A stretch of DNA of 64,000 nt from Deltaproteobacteria bacterium (GTDB taxonomy: Bacteria > Myxococcota_A > UBA9042). The stretch is from the NCBI GenBank assembly GCA_016875335.1, contig VGRO01000003.1, positions 10,343-74,342 on the forward strand, written 5' to 3'. Numbering within the stretch: the first letter of the stretch is position 1; each line of letters starts with the position of its first letter. Below, one piece after another: positions 1 to 12,209 of this stretch. The translations under genes and the position numbers were made by a program. A model generated the notes under the pieces. The model was not told the DNA's origin and searched no databases. It saw nothing but the letters and a program-made list of their open reading frames with translations.

Positions 1-246
1 CTCGAAAAGCGTCATGATCTTGGCGGTCTGATCGGCGTGGCTGCCCGAGCCCACGCCCAGGAACGCGTCGGGTCGCGGCATGCCGAGGTCGTCAAAGAAG
101 ACGGCCGACATCTTGTCGTCGTAGTGCTGTCCCGTATGGACCAGCCGAACCTGCACCCCGCGGGCGCGCAGCGCGGCATGGACCGGCGCCACCTTCATGA
201 AATTGGGCCGCGCTCCGACCACGCACGCGACGCGTTCCGGCTTCAT
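1..246 (-). CDS. wecB: UDP-N-acetylglucosamine 2-epimerase (non-hydrolysing), N-terminal fragment; the gene continues beyond the window start
   Basis: The minus-strand translation starting at the ATG at 246..244 reads MKPERVACVVGARPNFMKVAPVHAALRARGVQVRLVHTGQHYDDKMSAVFFDDLGMP. This is the conserved N-terminus of WecB/MnaA-type epimerases. The ATG overlaps the rluB stop codon as ATGA. Confidence 0.6.
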   Translation of the reverse strand, partial: MKPERVACVVGARPNFMKVAPVHAALRARGVQVRLVHTGQHYDDKMSAVFFDDLGMPRPDAFLGVGSGSHADQTAKIMTLFE

Positions 247-1388
247 CGCCGCCCTCGCGTGCTGCCGTTGGCGCCGGACCCGCGCGCCGTCTGGGTTCGT
301 CGTGCGGGGCCCTTGGCGCGCGAACCCTGCGCTGGCGCAACCGGAGACGACGGGCCCTCCTTGGGTGCCGGCCGACCGGCTGCGGGCGAGCGCTCGCCCT
401 GGGCCCGGGCGGCGCCGCGATGCGCGGGCTGGGCCGTCGGCCCGGGTCCAGTGCTCAACTGCGGCGCGCGCGCTTCGCCCTTGCGCGGATCCGGCGGCAG
501 GGCGAAGCCCCCGACGTGGCCTTTGCTCTCCAGTTGGGCAATTTCCCGCTCCTCCAGAAGGCGCCACTTGCCCTGCGCCAGCCCCGCCGTCGTCACGCCC
601 GCGTACGAGATGCGCCGCAGACGCACCACCGGGTGCCCGACGCGCTCAAGCAGGCGACGCACCTCGCGGTTGCGGCCTTCGAGCAGCACCAGCCGCAGCC
701 AGCAGTTCGCCGCGGTTTGTTTGACCACCGCGACTTCCTCGGCACGCGCCGGGCCGTCCTCTAGCCGCACGCCCATGCGCAGCCGGGCCAGCGTCTCGTC
801 GCTGGGCACGCCGCGCACCCGAGCCTCGTACACGCGGTGCACCGCGAACCGCGCATGGCCCAGGCGCTCCGCAAGATCGCCGTCGTTGGTAAAGAGCAGC
901 ACGCCCTCGGTGTTGAAGTCGAGCCGACCGACCGACCGCAGCGCCAGGTCCTTGGGCACCAGCCAGTACACGAGCGGTCGATTCTCGGGGTCCGCAGCGG
1001 CGCACAGGTAGCCGACCGGCTTGTTCAGCGCCAACACGACGCGGCGGGCCGGAAGCTTGAGGCGCTCGCCATCCAGCCGGATCTCGTCGCGATCGGCTTG
1101 CACGCGCACGCCCAGTTGGGTCACGACCTCGCCGTTGACCTCGACGCGCCCGGCGGTGATGAGCGCCTCCGCGGCCCTGCGAGACGCCACCCCGCAGCGC
1201 GACAGCACCTTTTGCAGGCGCTCGCCGCTCGGCGCGGTCGCTTTGGGTCGTTGGATCTTGGCGTTGGGGGCAGCCACGGCGAGGTCGGCAGTCCGCGACG
1301 GCGGTTTGGGGTCGCGAACGGGGGCGGCATTGTGCGGGGCAGGGCGGCAAAAGTCCACGGCGCTACCGCCGTGGCGCCGCAGCTCCAT
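243..1388 (-). CDS. rluB: 23S rRNA pseudouridine synthase, RluB/RsuA family (S4 domain plus PseudoU_synth_2), with an Arg/Pro-rich disordered C-terminal tail
   Basis: The S4 domain (GERLQKVLSRCGVASRRAAEALITAGRVEVNGEVV) aligns with E. coli RluB (SEKLQKVLARAGHGSRRE...). The catalytic region reads RLDFNTEGVLLFTNDGDLAERL followed by LLEGRNREVRRL. The start is ambiguous: ATG at 1388, ORF-track start at 1403, or GTG at 1277. Confidence 0.8.
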   Translation of the reverse strand: MELRRHGGSAVDFCRPAPHNAAPVRDPKPPSRTADLAVAAPNAKIQRPKATAPSGERLQKVLSRCGVASRRAAEALITAGRVEVNGEVVTQLGVRVQADRDEIRLDGERLKLPARRVVLALNKPVGYLCAAADPENRPLVYWLVPKDLALRSVGRLDFNTEGVLLFTNDGDLAERLGHARFAVHRVYEARVRGVPSDETLARLRMGVRLEDGPARAEEVAVVKQTAANCWLRLVLLEGRNREVRRLLERVGHPVVRLRRISYAGVTTAGLAQGKWRLLEEREIAQLESKGHVGGFALPPDPRKGEARAPQLSTGPGPTAQPAHRGAARAQGERSPAAGRPAPKEGPSSPVAPAQGSRAKGPARRTQTARGSGANGSTRGRR

Positions 1389-1803
1389 CGATCCGCTGCA
1401 CAAGGTCGGCCAGCGTGGTGCCGTCGACGATGCGCAACGCCTCGGCGTGCACGTCGGCCAGCAAGGTGCGCACGGCGCAGGTTCGTTCGTCGGCGCACTC
1501 CTGGCAGCGCTGATAGGCGGTTTTGGACAGGCACGGCAGCGGCGCGAGTGGCCCGCTCAACATGCGGATCACGTCGCCGAGGTTGACGTCGGCCGGAGGC
1601 GATCGCAAAACGTAGCCCCCAGCCTTGCCGCGCTTGCTCGCAAGGACACCCCCGTTCTTCAACTCGACCAGGATGGCTTCGAGGAACTTGCGTGGAATCC
1701 CCTCGGCCTGCGCGATGGCGGCGGCCTGGACTGGAGCGTCCGTTGGAGCGCGCGCCAGGAACACCAGGGCCTTGAGGCCGTAGCGCGACTTCATCGGCAG
1801 CAT
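1363..1803 (-). CDS. Rrf2-family transcriptional regulator (IscR/NsrR-like wHTH)
   Basis: MKSRYGLKALVFLA...KFLEAILVELKNGGVLASKRGKAGGYVLRSP is the typical Rrf2 helix-turn-helix and wing. There are cysteines in the C-terminal half (CLSKTAYQRCQECADERTC) that could ligate an Fe-S cluster. Confidence 0.8.
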   Translation of the reverse strand: MLPMKSRYGLKALVFLARAPTDAPVQAAAIAQAEGIPRKFLEAILVELKNGGVLASKRGKAGGYVLRSPPADVNLGDVIRMLSGPLAPLPCLSKTAYQRCQECADERTCAVRTLLADVHAEALRIVDGTTLADLVQRIDGAAAPRR

Positions 1804-1845
1804 CCGTCCCTCGCAGGCGCCGGCCGTGGCCGCGCGGCCGCAACC

Positions 1846-3534
1846 TTATGGCGCCAACGCCGCCGATGGCAATGGTGCGCGGCGCCGCCGCCAACCCAGC
1901 CGGGCCAGCCACGCCGCGCACCCAACCGTCGTCAACCACAGCGGCACATCGCCCCACAGCCGATAGGGGCTTGCCAGGTCGCGCAACGGGACGTCGACCA
2001 GCACCGTTTCTGCACGGCCGACCTGCGTCTCGCTCTGGAACACGCCCGCCGCGTCGATGTAGGCGCTTACCCCCGACACCGTCGAACGGACCAGCGGCCG
2101 CCGCAATTCCACAGCGCGCGCCTGCTGGACCATCAGGTGCAGGTCCGGCGCCGGTTGCGGTCCGAACCACACATCGTTGGTCAGGTTGACCAGCACCTGC
2201 GCGTCGCCGGCCTCGTCGCGCAGGAACTCGGCAAACAACGCCTCGTAGCAGATGTTGACCAGGACCTTGCCGCGGCCGAGTTGGACCAGGCCCGATGTGG
2301 TGCCCTCGTCAAAGTTCGACACCCCAGGGATCGCCTCTTTGAGCGCTGGGAACCACCGTGTGCCGGGCAGGTATTCGCCGAACGCGAGCAGGATCTGCTT
2401 GTCGTACGCAAATGTCTGCCGGCCGCGATCGAGCACGATCGCGCTGTTGCGCGCTTCCTGTACCCAAAGGGGGTCGAAGCGGCGAAGGGTGCCGAGCAAG
2501 AGCGGCATTGGCAGCCGCCGCGACCATGCGATCACGCGCTCCTTGCTGCGCAGCAGCCAGTGGTTGGCCTTGGTCTTGATCTTGGGCGCGGCAGGTCCGA
2601 CCTCGTCCGGCACCCAGAAGAACGGAAAGGCCCCTTCGGGCCAGATGAGCGCATCGCGATCGGCAAGGCGGCCCTGGCGGAGCGCGTCTTCGCTCATCTC
2701 GAGGAGTCGGTCGAGCACCGTCACCCGTTTCTCGGCGGCGATCGCCTTCTTTTCGCCCAGGGTCGCGTTCTGCTGGACCAGGGCGGCGCGCCATGTCCCC
2801 GTCGCCGGGTGGGCGGCTACCTGGTGCATGCGCAGGGCGCCGTATCCCGCCCACGCCGCCGCGACCACAGCCGCGCCGACCGCGGGCCGCATCGAGCGGC
2901 GCGCAAGCGCCATCGCCACCAGTTGTGCGACGGCCAGGGCCAATGCGCTGACGCCGATGACGCCCACCAGGTCCGCCGCCTGCATCCACAGGGGCGTCCT
3001 GAAGAACGCGTTGGCCACGTACCACCGGAAAAGCCACGGTAGAGCGAACTCGCAGACCGCGATCGTCACCGCGACCTGGGCGGCCCGCAGCGCCAGCGGG
3101 CAACCCGAGCGCCGCGTCCACGCCGTCACTGCCGCAAACAGCCCCTGATGCAGCGCCATCGCCGCGGCGTGCAAGCCCACAAGGCCGTAACCGGCTGCCC
3201 AAGGCATCGAGCTCATTTCCACGGCCGTGAACGCCAGGAACGCATAGACCACCGCGTGCAGCACGACGCCGGCCACCCACCCGGCCAGCAGGGCCAATTG
3301 CCACCGCGGCTGCCGCACTTCGATCCAGTAGAGCAGCGGCACCCAGCCGCCGATCGCCAGCGGCCACCAACCGGTCGACGGATAGGCCAGGCACAGCAGG
3401 GCGCCTGTGACCAGGCCGATGCCGGTGGCCGCCCGCCATTCGCGCCGGGCGGCCGACGTCGGCTTGCCGCAGCGTTGGGCGTCGCCCGCCACCCCGCTTT
3501 GCCCATGGGGGCGCTTGTGATAGTCAACCGCCAT
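1846..3534 (-). CDS. lnt: apolipoprotein N-acyltransferase (N-terminal polytopic membrane domain plus CN-hydrolase domain)
   Basis: The CN-hydrolase catalytic region includes VNICYEALFAEFLRDEAGDAQVLVNLTNDVWFG and the N-terminal half has multiple hydrophobic helices. The ORF runs to 3885; the first ATG (MAVDYHK) is at 3534 and the true start is uncertain. Confidence 0.85.
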   Translation of the reverse strand: MAVDYHKRPHGQSGVAGDAQRCGKPTSAARREWRAATGIGLVTGALLCLAYPSTGWWPLAIGGWVPLLYWIEVRQPRWQLALLAGWVAGVVLHAVVYAFLAFTAVEMSSMPWAAGYGLVGLHAAAMALHQGLFAAVTAWTRRSGCPLALRAAQVAVTIAVCEFALPWLFRWYVANAFFRTPLWMQAADLVGVIGVSALALAVAQLVAMALARRSMRPAVGAAVVAAAWAGYGALRMHQVAAHPATGTWRAALVQQNATLGEKKAIAAEKRVTVLDRLLEMSEDALRQGRLADRDALIWPEGAFPFFWVPDEVGPAAPKIKTKANHWLLRSKERVIAWSRRLPMPLLLGTLRRFDPLWVQEARNSAIVLDRGRQTFAYDKQILLAFGEYLPGTRWFPALKEAIPGVSNFDEGTTSGLVQLGRGKVLVNICYEALFAEFLRDEAGDAQVLVNLTNDVWFGPQPAPDLHLMVQQARAVELRRPLVRSTVSGVSAYIDAAGVFQSETQVGRAETVLVDVPLRDLASPYRLWGDVPLWLTTVGCAAWLARLGWRRRRAPLPSAALAP

Positions 3535-4186
3535 GGCCCGTGTTTTCCTGTTTTCGGAGATGGGCGACCGGTCGCCGGCCCGCGCGGCGCTGGCGCAGGG
3601 CCCCTGGACCGTGACGGCACGCCTCTTGCGCGGCACCTTCCTGGATTGCCCGATCGGCCTGCCGCCGGATCTGGCCGTCGTCGAACCGGGACCACTGCGC
3701 TCGCCGGAGCCGATCGCGAGCGCCCTGGCGGCCCATCCGGTCGTCGGGCGGACACCTTGGCTCTTGGTGGTCGATCCGGACCGCGTCCACTTGGCGCCCG
3801 CGCTTTCGTGCAACGATTTCGTCTTGCGCGGCTTCCCTGCGGCCGAGCTCGCCGCACGGGCCGAGCGGGTGTTGGGCGCGCGCACGCGTCATGGCGCCGT
3901 CGTTCGCAGTGGCCCGATCGCGCTGGACCTGGCCGCGCACACCGTCCGAGTGGGCGACCTGCCGGTCGAGGTCAAACCCCAGGAGTTCGCGCTGCTGCGC
4001 TATCTGGTGCAGTTCGCGGGCCGGCCGCTGTCGCGCGATCAGTTGTTGCGCGCCGCGTGGGGACCCGGGTACGCGGGCGGCGAGCGCACCGTGGACGTGC
4101 ACATCCGTAGACTGCGCGCACATCTGGGATCGGCGGCCCACCACATCGAAACGCTGCGCGAAGTCGGCTACCGCTGGTTGGCATGA
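3533..4186 (+). CDS. OmpR/PhoB-family DNA-binding response regulator with a degenerate receiver domain (orphan; no adjacent kinase)
   Basis: The C-terminal winged-helix trans_reg_C domain reads EVKPQEFALLRYLVQFAGRPLSRDQLLRAAWGPGYAGGERTVDVHIRRLRAHLG...IETLREVGYRWLA. The N-terminal about 110 aa is receiver-like but lacks the canonical acidic pocket. Confidence 0.75.
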   Translation: MARVFLFSEMGDRSPARAALAQGPWTVTARLLRGTFLDCPIGLPPDLAVVEPGPLRSPEPIASALAAHPVVGRTPWLLVVDPDRVHLAPALSCNDFVLRGFPAAELAARAERVLGARTRHGAVVRSGPIALDLAAHTVRVGDLPVEVKPQEFALLRYLVQFAGRPLSRDQLLRAAWGPGYAGGERTVDVHIRRLRAHLGSAAHHIETLREVGYRWLA

Positions 4187-4283
4187 CCGCGCTGCGCGCA
4201 CGGCCAGCCGCGCGTCGTGATCGCGGGTCGCCCACGTCGGGGTGTCGGCGAACATCGAGCCGCCCCCGATTGCGCCGGGTGAC

Positions 4284-4634
4284 TTACACGAACTCGATGA
4301 GTGCCATCTCGGCGGCATCGCCCGTGCGCCGGCCGAGCTTGAGCGTGCGGGTGTAGCCGCCTGGCCGCGCGACATACTTCGGGCCGAGTTCGCCGAACAG
4401 GCGCGCCACCAATCCGTTGTCGCGCAACTTGGCGAAAGCGAGGCGCCGCCGGTGGATCGAATCCTCCTTGGCCATGGTGACCATGGGCTCGATCCATCCG
4501 CGAAGTTCCTTGGCCTTGGCGACCGTCGTCGTGATGCGGCCGTGCTCGATGAGCGACTTGCACAGGTTGAGCAGCATCGCCTTGCGGTGCGAGGTCTCGC
4601 GACTGAGCTTGTTGCCTTTGTTCAGGTGGCGCAT
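4284..4634 (-). CDS. rplQ: 50S ribosomal protein L17
   Basis: [45 protein letters not shown] is the L17 signature. It is the last gene of the alpha operon. Confidence 0.95.
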   Translation of the reverse strand: MRHLNKGNKLSRETSHRKAMLLNLCKSLIEHGRITTTVAKAKELRGWIEPMVTMAKEDSIHRRRLAFAKLRDNGLVARLFGELGPKYVARPGGYTRTLKLGRRTGDAAEMALIEFV

Positions 4635-4699
4635 GGGGTCCTCTGCTGCTGGCTGCCGCAGTCGCTGCGGCCCGGGGGCGGTCGTGGTCGTGGAGGGGC

Positions 4700-5809
<1,110 letters not shown>

Positions 5810-5937
5810 GGTGGTGCCTGCCTGCGAGCACTTCGCCCGCGCTGATGTCGCGGCCCGCGCAATGTGCGATGGCCGCGCCGGTCGAGAAAATCCTGCTTGC
5901 GCCTGTTGCGACTCCGCCGGCGCGAGGGGCGCGCCGA

Positions 5938-6567
<630 letters not shown>

Positions 6568-6655
6568 GGGTTCTCCGTATCGACAGGAAGCGTTGGGCAA
6601 TCGGCAGCCGCGGCGGAGGCGCCTCGAACGCCGCCTTGCGCGCCGGAAATCTTCG

Positions 6656-7066
<411 letters not shown>

Positions 7067-7215
7067 TTGGGGTTCCTTGTCTGCGATGTGCGTTGGCGAC
7101 GGAGCGCCATGTCGTGTGTTCTGGCGTCGCGGACGGGACAGGCCGACTCAGGCCGGGCGCCAGCCGATGGGCTGGGGGCCTGGCCGTTCGCCTTCGGCCA
7201 GCGGCGCCGCGGGCG

Positions 7216-7581
7216 CTACTTCTTCTTGATGGCCGTGCGCCGCGGGCCCTTGCGGGTGCGCGCATTGGTGTGGGTGCGCTGACCGCGGACTGGCAGGCCT
7301 TTGCGGTGCCGCAGACCGCGGTAGCAGCCCAGGTCCATCAGACGCTTGATGTCCATCGCGACCTGCCGCCGCAGATCGCCTTCGACCTTGTACTGGTTTT
7401 CCAGCACATCGCGGATGCGGACGATGTCCACCTCGGTCAGTTCGTCGGCCTTGCGCCCGAGCGGGACGCCCGCTTTGGAGCACACCTCGACGGCCACGCG
7501 CGGGCCAACGCCGTAGATCGAGCGCAGCGCGATCTCGATGCGCTTGTTGCGGGGCAGGTCCACGCCTGCAATTCGTGCCAT
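7216..7581 (-). CDS. rpsM: 30S ribosomal protein S13
   Basis: [27 protein letters not shown]...[25 protein letters not shown]. Confidence 0.95.
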   Translation of the reverse strand: MARIAGVDLPRNKRIEIALRSIYGVGPRVAVEVCSKAGVPLGRKADELTEVDIVRIRDVLENQYKVEGDLRRQVAMDIKRLMDLGCYRGLRHRKGLPVRGQRTHTNARTRKGPRRTAIKKK

Positions 7582-7640
7582 GATCGTCTCCTACCGGAAA
7601 GCCGCGAGCGCGCGCCGAATGGGCTGCACCCGAAAAAGCG

Positions 7641-7754
7641 CTATCCCTGCCGTTGCTTGTGCTTGGGGGTCACGCAAATGACGCGCACGATGCCGCGGCG
7701 CTTGACCACACGGCACTGGTCGCAGATGGGTTTGACAGAAGCTCGTACTTTCAT
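7641..7754 (-). CDS. rpmJ: 50S ribosomal protein L36
   Basis: [37 protein letters not shown] (37 aa) is a classical L36 zinc-ribbon. Confidence 0.9.
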   Translation of the reverse strand: MKVRASVKPICDQCRVVKRRGIVRVICVTPKHKQRQG

Positions 7755-7890
7755 CGGATTACCTTGTGTATCTCGTTCTCGGCGCGGGCGAACCGGCCGC
7801 GAGGGGGCGGCAGTATACAGCAAGCTCGCGGTGGTGGGAAGCCCCGTTCGACTTCGGCCTTCCGTCGCCGCGGGCGGCAGGGTCGCTGCG

Positions 7891-8109
7891 TCACTTCGCG
7901 CGGTAGGTGATCCGCCCCCGCGACAGGTCGTAGGGACTCAGCGCCACCTTGACCTTGTCCCCCGGCAGGATGCGGATGAAGTGCATGCGCATCTTGCCCG
8001 AAACGTGGGCCAGCACCTTGTGGCCATTATCCAGCTGGACGCGGAACATGGCATTGGGCAACGGTTCGAGCACCGTGCCTTCGACCTCAATGGCGTCGTC
8101 TTTCGACAT
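7891..8109 (-). CDS. infA: translation initiation factor IF-1
   Basis: [72 protein letters not shown]. The start ATG at 8109 was verified. Confidence 0.93.
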   Translation of the reverse strand: MSKDDAIEVEGTVLEPLPNAMFRVQLDNGHKVLAHVSGKMRMHFIRILPGDKVKVALSPYDLSRGRITYRAK

Positions 8110-8179
8110 CCAACTCCTTGCTGCCCGAAGGGGGCCGGTGTCGGCCGGGCCTCGGGCGCCATTACTCCGCGGATTCCGT

Positions 8180-8866
8180 CTAGAGCGTGCCCTCGCCCGC
8201 GTTGCCATGCCTGCGCAGGACGGCGACGGCGGCCTTGAGCACGATCTCGGGCGGTTGGTTGCCATCGACCTTTTCGATGACAGTCCCGTAGCGCTGCACC
8301 AAAGGTGCTGTCTGCGCCGCAAAAGCGTCCAAGCGTTTGCGAATGGTCGCGTCGTGGTCATCGCTGCGGTGGACGAGCGTGCCCCCGCAGCGATCGCACA
8401 CGCCGTCTTTGAGCGGGGGCGCGAACTCGACGTGGTGCACGTTGCCGCACGCCGGGCAGGTGCGGCGCCCGCTCAACCGGCGGACGACCGACTCGTTGGG
8501 CACGTCGATGAACAGGACGAGGTCGGGGGCAAGTCCCTCCGCGGCCAGTGCGTCGGCCTGCGGCAATGTGCGCGGAAACCCATCGAGCAGGAACCGCGGC
8601 GAGCCGTCCGTGTTGCGGCAGTCTGGCTGTTGGACGCGTTCGGAAATGAGCTTGACCATCACGTCGTCGGGCACCAACGCGCCGCGATCCATGAAGGTCT
8701 TGGCCAGCAGGCCCACCTGGCTGCCCGCGGCAACCGCCGCGCGCAACATGTCCCCCGTCGACAGGTGGGTCAGCCCGAATCGATCGACAAGACCCTTGGC
8801 GACCGTTCCCTTGCCCGCGCCAGGTGCGCCGACCAGGATGATCTTGTGCGCGGTCCGCGTGGTCAT
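8180..8866 (-). CDS. adk: adenylate kinase (zinc-lid type)
   Basis: The P-loop is [12 protein letters not shown] and the LID has the CPACG...CDRCG zinc knuckle. It sits between secY and infA as in spc/alpha operons, with no map gene present. Confidence 0.93.
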   Translation of the reverse strand: MTTRTAHKIILVGAPGAGKGTVAKGLVDRFGLTHLSTGDMLRAAVAAGSQVGLLAKTFMDRGALVPDDVMVKLISERVQQPDCRNTDGSPRFLLDGFPRTLPQADALAAEGLAPDLVLFIDVPNESVVRRLSGRRTCPACGNVHHVEFAPPLKDGVCDRCGGTLVHRSDDHDATIRKRLDAFAAQTAPLVQRYGTVIEKVDGNQPPEIVLKAAVAVLRRHGNAGEGTL

Positions 8867-8923
8867 GTTGGCCTGCTTGCGGCGTTGCAGCGCCGCGCGG
8901 TGCGCGCGTACGCGGGTGCGGTG

Positions 8924-10252
8924 CTACACGTCATCGGAGCGCCGGCCACGCATGCGCGGACCCTTTTCGCCGCCAAAACTTTCGTAGGAGCGGCTGATGA
9001 GGTGACTCTCAATCTGCTTGGCGGTGTCCATGGCCACGCCCACGACGATGAGCAGAGACGTGCCGCCGTAGTAGAACGGAACATTGAAGTTGGTCTGAAG
9101 CAGCGTCGGCAGGACACACACGCTGCTGATGTATAGCGCGCCGCCAAAGGTGATGCGCGACAGCACGCGGTCGATGTACTCGGCGGTATCTTTGCCGGCG
9201 CGCACGCCGACTACAGCGCCGCCGCCCTTGCGCAGGTTGTCGGCGATATCGACCGAGTTGAAGGTGACTGCCGTATAGAAGTAGCAGAAGAACACGATGA
9301 GCACGACGTACATCGCGTTGTACATGATGCGTCCGGGAGACAGAGCGTTGACCACGCCGACTAGGAAGCTGGCGTCTGGGAAGAAGTTGGCCAATGTCGC
9401 CGGGAACATGAGAATCGACGACGCAAAGATGGGTGGAATCACACCGGCCGAATTGACCTTGAGCGGCAAGTAGCTGTTCGCTGCGGCCACAGTTTCGCGG
9501 TTGACCGTGCGTTTGGCGTACTGCACGAGGATGCGCCGCTGTGCGCTCTCGAAGTAGACAATGACGGCGATGACGGCCACCACCAGGGCGCCAATGAGGA
9601 TGAGGATCGGCACCGGGATCTGGCCGTTGGTCACCAGTTCCCAGGTTTGCTTGACGGCGCTCGGCAAGCCAGCGACGATGCCAGCGTAGATGACCAACGA
9701 AATGCCGTTGCCGATGCCGCGCTCGGTGATCTGCTCGCCGAGCCACATGATGAACGTGGTGCCCGCGGTCAGGGACAACACGCACAGCGCCCGAAAGCCC
9801 CACCCGGCGTTGTGGACGACGCCGCCCAGTGCGGCCGAGTTCATGCCTTCGAGCCAGATGGCGAGCGCGGTGCCTTGGATGATCGACAGGAACACGCAAC
9901 CGTATCGAGTCCACTGGTTGATCTTGCGCCGGCCGGCCTCGCCCTCCTTGTTCAGGCGTTCGACGGCGGGGACGACCACCGTCAACAGCTGCAGGATGAT
10001 GCTTGCAGAAATGTACGGCATGATGCCGAGCGCGAAGATCGAGACCTGCTGCAGCGCGCCGCCCGAGAACAGGTCGATGAGCCCCATCAGTCCGCCGCCC
10101 TTGCTGTTCATGTAGTCGGCCATCACGTGGCGGTCCACGCCGGGCACGGTCACGAACACGCCGATGCGGTAGATGGCCAACATCGCCAGGGAAAACAGCA
10201 CCCGGTTCTTGAGTTCCGGGACCTTGGCGATGTTCTGCAGTACGTTGGCCAC
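8924..10252 (-). CDS. secY: preprotein translocase subunit SecY
   Basis: [40 protein letters not shown]..., about 10 transmembrane helices, 442 aa. Confidence 0.95.
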   Translation of the reverse strand: MANVLQNIAKVPELKNRVLFSLAMLAIYRIGVFVTVPGVDRHVMADYMNSKGGGLMGLIDLFSGGALQQVSIFALGIMPYISASIILQLLTVVVPAVERLNKEGEAGRRKINQWTRYGCVFLSIIQGTALAIWLEGMNSAALGGVVHNAGWGFRALCVLSLTAGTTFIMWLGEQITERGIGNGISLVIYAGIVAGLPSAVKQTWELVTNGQIPVPILILIGALVVAVIAVIVYFESAQRRILVQYAKRTVNRETVAAANSYLPLKVNSAGVIPPIFASSILMFPATLANFFPDASFLVGVVNALSPGRIMYNAMYVVLIVFFCYFYTAVTFNSVDIADNLRKGGGAVVGVRAGKDTAEYIDRVLSRITFGGALYISSVCVLPTLLQTNFNVPFYYGGTSLLIVVGVAMDTAKQIESHLISRSYESFGGEKGPRMRGRRSDDV

Positions 10253-10330
10253 GGACGACCTCTTGCGGTGGTGCGGTGTGCGGCGGACAGCGGGGCAGCG
10301 GGTCGAGCCGAATTCCGCGTATGGGGGCGG

Positions 10331-10780
10331 TTAGACGCCGGTCGTCTGGCAGCTGCCGCCGGCCTGCGCGATCTTGGCCTGGGCCGATTCGCTGAACTTG
10401 TCCGCCACCACGGTCAGGGCGCGGTCGAGTTCGCCTCCGCCCAGGATCTTGACCCCGTCCCAGTTGCCGTTGACCAGTCGAACGGCGCGCAGCGCCATCT
10501 CGTCGACCCGGCTCCCTGGCTCGAAGATCGCCAGGTCTCCGACATTGACCGGCGCGAACCGGGTGCGAAACAGATTGGTGAAGCCGATTTTCGGCAAGCG
10601 CCGCTGGATCGGCATCTGACCGCCCTCGAAGGAGTTGCCGACGTCGGGGGACTTGCGCGCCAATTGGCCTTTGTGGCCCTTGCCGGCCGTCTTGCCAAGG
10701 CCCGAACCTGCGCCGCGGCCGAGCCGGCGAGTCTGCACGTTCGCGCCACGCGGCGCCTGGAGATTGCTGAGTTCCTTCAT
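10331..10780 (-). CDS. rplO: 50S ribosomal protein L15
   Basis: MKELSNLQAPRGANVQTRRLGRGAGSGLGKTAGKGHKGQLARKS...KILGGGEL. The start was chosen at the internal ATG (10780); the ORF-track start at 10864 would add 28 atypical residues. Confidence 0.9.
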   Translation of the reverse strand: MKELSNLQAPRGANVQTRRLGRGAGSGLGKTAGKGHKGQLARKSPDVGNSFEGGQMPIQRRLPKIGFTNLFRTRFAPVNVGDLAIFEPGSRVDEMALRAVRLVNGNWDGVKILGGGELDRALTVVADKFSESAQAKIAQAGGSCQTTGV

Positions 10781-11003
10781 GGTGTCCGCTGCCTGCTGTC
10801 GCACGGTCTGCGACGGTCGGAAAGTGCTGGCCGGGTCTGCCGACGGCAGCTGCGACGGGTGCAATCGCGTTCCCGTTCGCCCTTGTTGTGCCGGCCGGCC
10901 GGCGCCCGCGGGGCCGGCGGTGATCGTTGAACGGTCCCTATCTGGTGGAACCGAGAGGCCTTCTTGCTACCTTCCCGCACGGGCGGTGGGTTGCAGGGCC
11001 GCA

Positions 11004-11032
11004 ATTATAGGTGGGATGCGCAAGCGGAACAA
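11004..11032 (-). promoter_or_regulatory. Candidate internal sigma-70-type promoter (TTGTTC-N17-TATAAT on the minus strand) in the rpsE-rplO spacer that replaces rpmD
   Basis: The minus strand reads ttgttc cgcttgcgcatcccacc tataat. A perfect TATAAT is conspicuous in a 70% GC genome. The 285-nt spacer 10781..11065 has no L30-like ORF in any minus-strand frame. Confidence 0.3.
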
Positions 11033-11065
11033 GGCCCGCGCGCGCCGGACCGCATCCTTGCTCGG

Positions 11066-11623
11066 CTAGCCGCGCAAGGACTCGGCGGCCTTGCCCAAAC
11101 GGGCGGCCACTTCGTCCACCGTGCGCAACTGGCGCAACGCCGCCACAGTGGCGCGAACCACGTTGTGCGGGTTGTTGCTGCCGATGCACTTGGTCACGAC
11201 ATCGCGGACCCCGGCCTGTTCGAGCACGGCGCGAACGGCACCACCGGCAATCACGCCGGTGCCCTTGCCCGCGGGCTTGAGCAGAACCTGGCCCGCGCCA
11301 TAGTGGCCAATGACGTCGTGCGGAATCGAGCCTTTGACGAGCGGCACGTCGAACATCTGCTTCTTGGCCTGGTCCGTGCCTTTGCGAATAGCCTCTGGCA
11401 CTTCGCTCGCCTTGCCCATGCCGATGCCGACCTTGCCCTTGCCGTCGCCGACCACGATGAGCGCTGAAAAGCTGAAGCGCCGACCGCCCTTGACGACCTT
11501 GGCCGTGCGGTTGATCGCGACCGTAGCGCTGCCGAACTCGTCCTTCTCGGCGGCTTGGGCATCGTTGCGGCGCGGCTGGCGCGGTTCGCGTTGGTTGCGG
11601 TTTTCTTTGGTGGGTTCCGACAT
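11066..11623 (-). CDS. rpsE: 30S ribosomal protein S5
   Basis: [48 protein letters not shown]...[14 protein letters not shown]. Confidence 0.95.
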   Translation of the reverse strand: MSEPTKENRNQREPRQPRRNDAQAAEKDEFGSATVAINRTAKVVKGGRRFSFSALIVVGDGKGKVGIGMGKASEVPEAIRKGTDQAKKQMFDVPLVKGSIPHDVIGHYGAGQVLLKPAGKGTGVIAGGAVRAVLEQAGVRDVVTKCIGSNNPHNVVRATVAALRQLRTVDEVAARLGKAAESLRG

Positions 11624-11626
11624 GGT

Positions 11627-12031
11627 CTATTGCTCCTGGGGCGCCGCAGCGGTCGAGCCCGTGTGACCTTCCTTGGACAGCAGGCCCAACTCGTGTGCGG
11701 CCTTGGAGACAGCGGCGATCCGGCCGGTATAGTGGAAGCCGTTGCGGTCGAACACCAGCTTGGTGACGCCCTTGGCCAAGGCGCGCTCAGCGCACAGCCG
11801 CCCGACCGTCTCAGCAATCGCGGTCTTGCTGCCCTCCATCGACCGCACGGCGGTTTCGACGGAACTGGCGGCTGCGAGCGTTGTGCCGCTCTCGTCGTCG
11901 ATGACTTGGGCGTAGATGTGCTTGGCAGAGCGGAACACCGACATCCGCGGCCGCTCCGGCGTTCCCTTGAGGCCAAAGCGCATGCGAACCTTGCGTTGTT
12001 CGCGCGCATCGGCATAGCGTTTGATCGACAT
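11627..12031 (-). CDS. rplR: 50S ribosomal protein L18
   Basis: [42 protein letters not shown]...[26 protein letters not shown]. Confidence 0.93.
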   Translation of the reverse strand: MSIKRYADAREQRKVRMRFGLKGTPERPRMSVFRSAKHIYAQVIDDESGTTLAAASSVETAVRSMEGSKTAIAETVGRLCAERALAKGVTKLVFDRNGFHYTGRIAAVSKAAHELGLLSKEGHTGSTAAAPQEQ

Positions 12032-12209
12032 CTGAACCTTCCTTCGTCAAGTCGGCACCTGTGGGTGCCAAACCTGCGTCCTTGACCTCCGTGCGCCTGC
12101 CGCCGGAGTCGGCGGCCAGCGGCGCGGGGGCGGATACCCACGCCGGATCGTTTCGATCGCGCGCGAACTGCGCAGGCCCCAGCGACCCGGAGCCGAAATC
12201 CCGCCCCGA

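Noticed and set aside
37-1011. 324-aa plus-strand ORF at the window start
   Set aside because: It overlaps rluB and wecB on the minus strand, both with strong homology. It is an Arg/Ser/Pro-rich artefact.
10777-11004. 75-aa minus-strand ORF in the rpsE-rplO spacer as a candidate L30
   Set aside because: Its translation (MRPCNPPPVREGSKKASRFHQIG...) has no similarity to L30 (MAKTIKITQTRS...), it extends into rplO, and it is Arg/Pro-rich. It is therefore treated as non-coding spacer.
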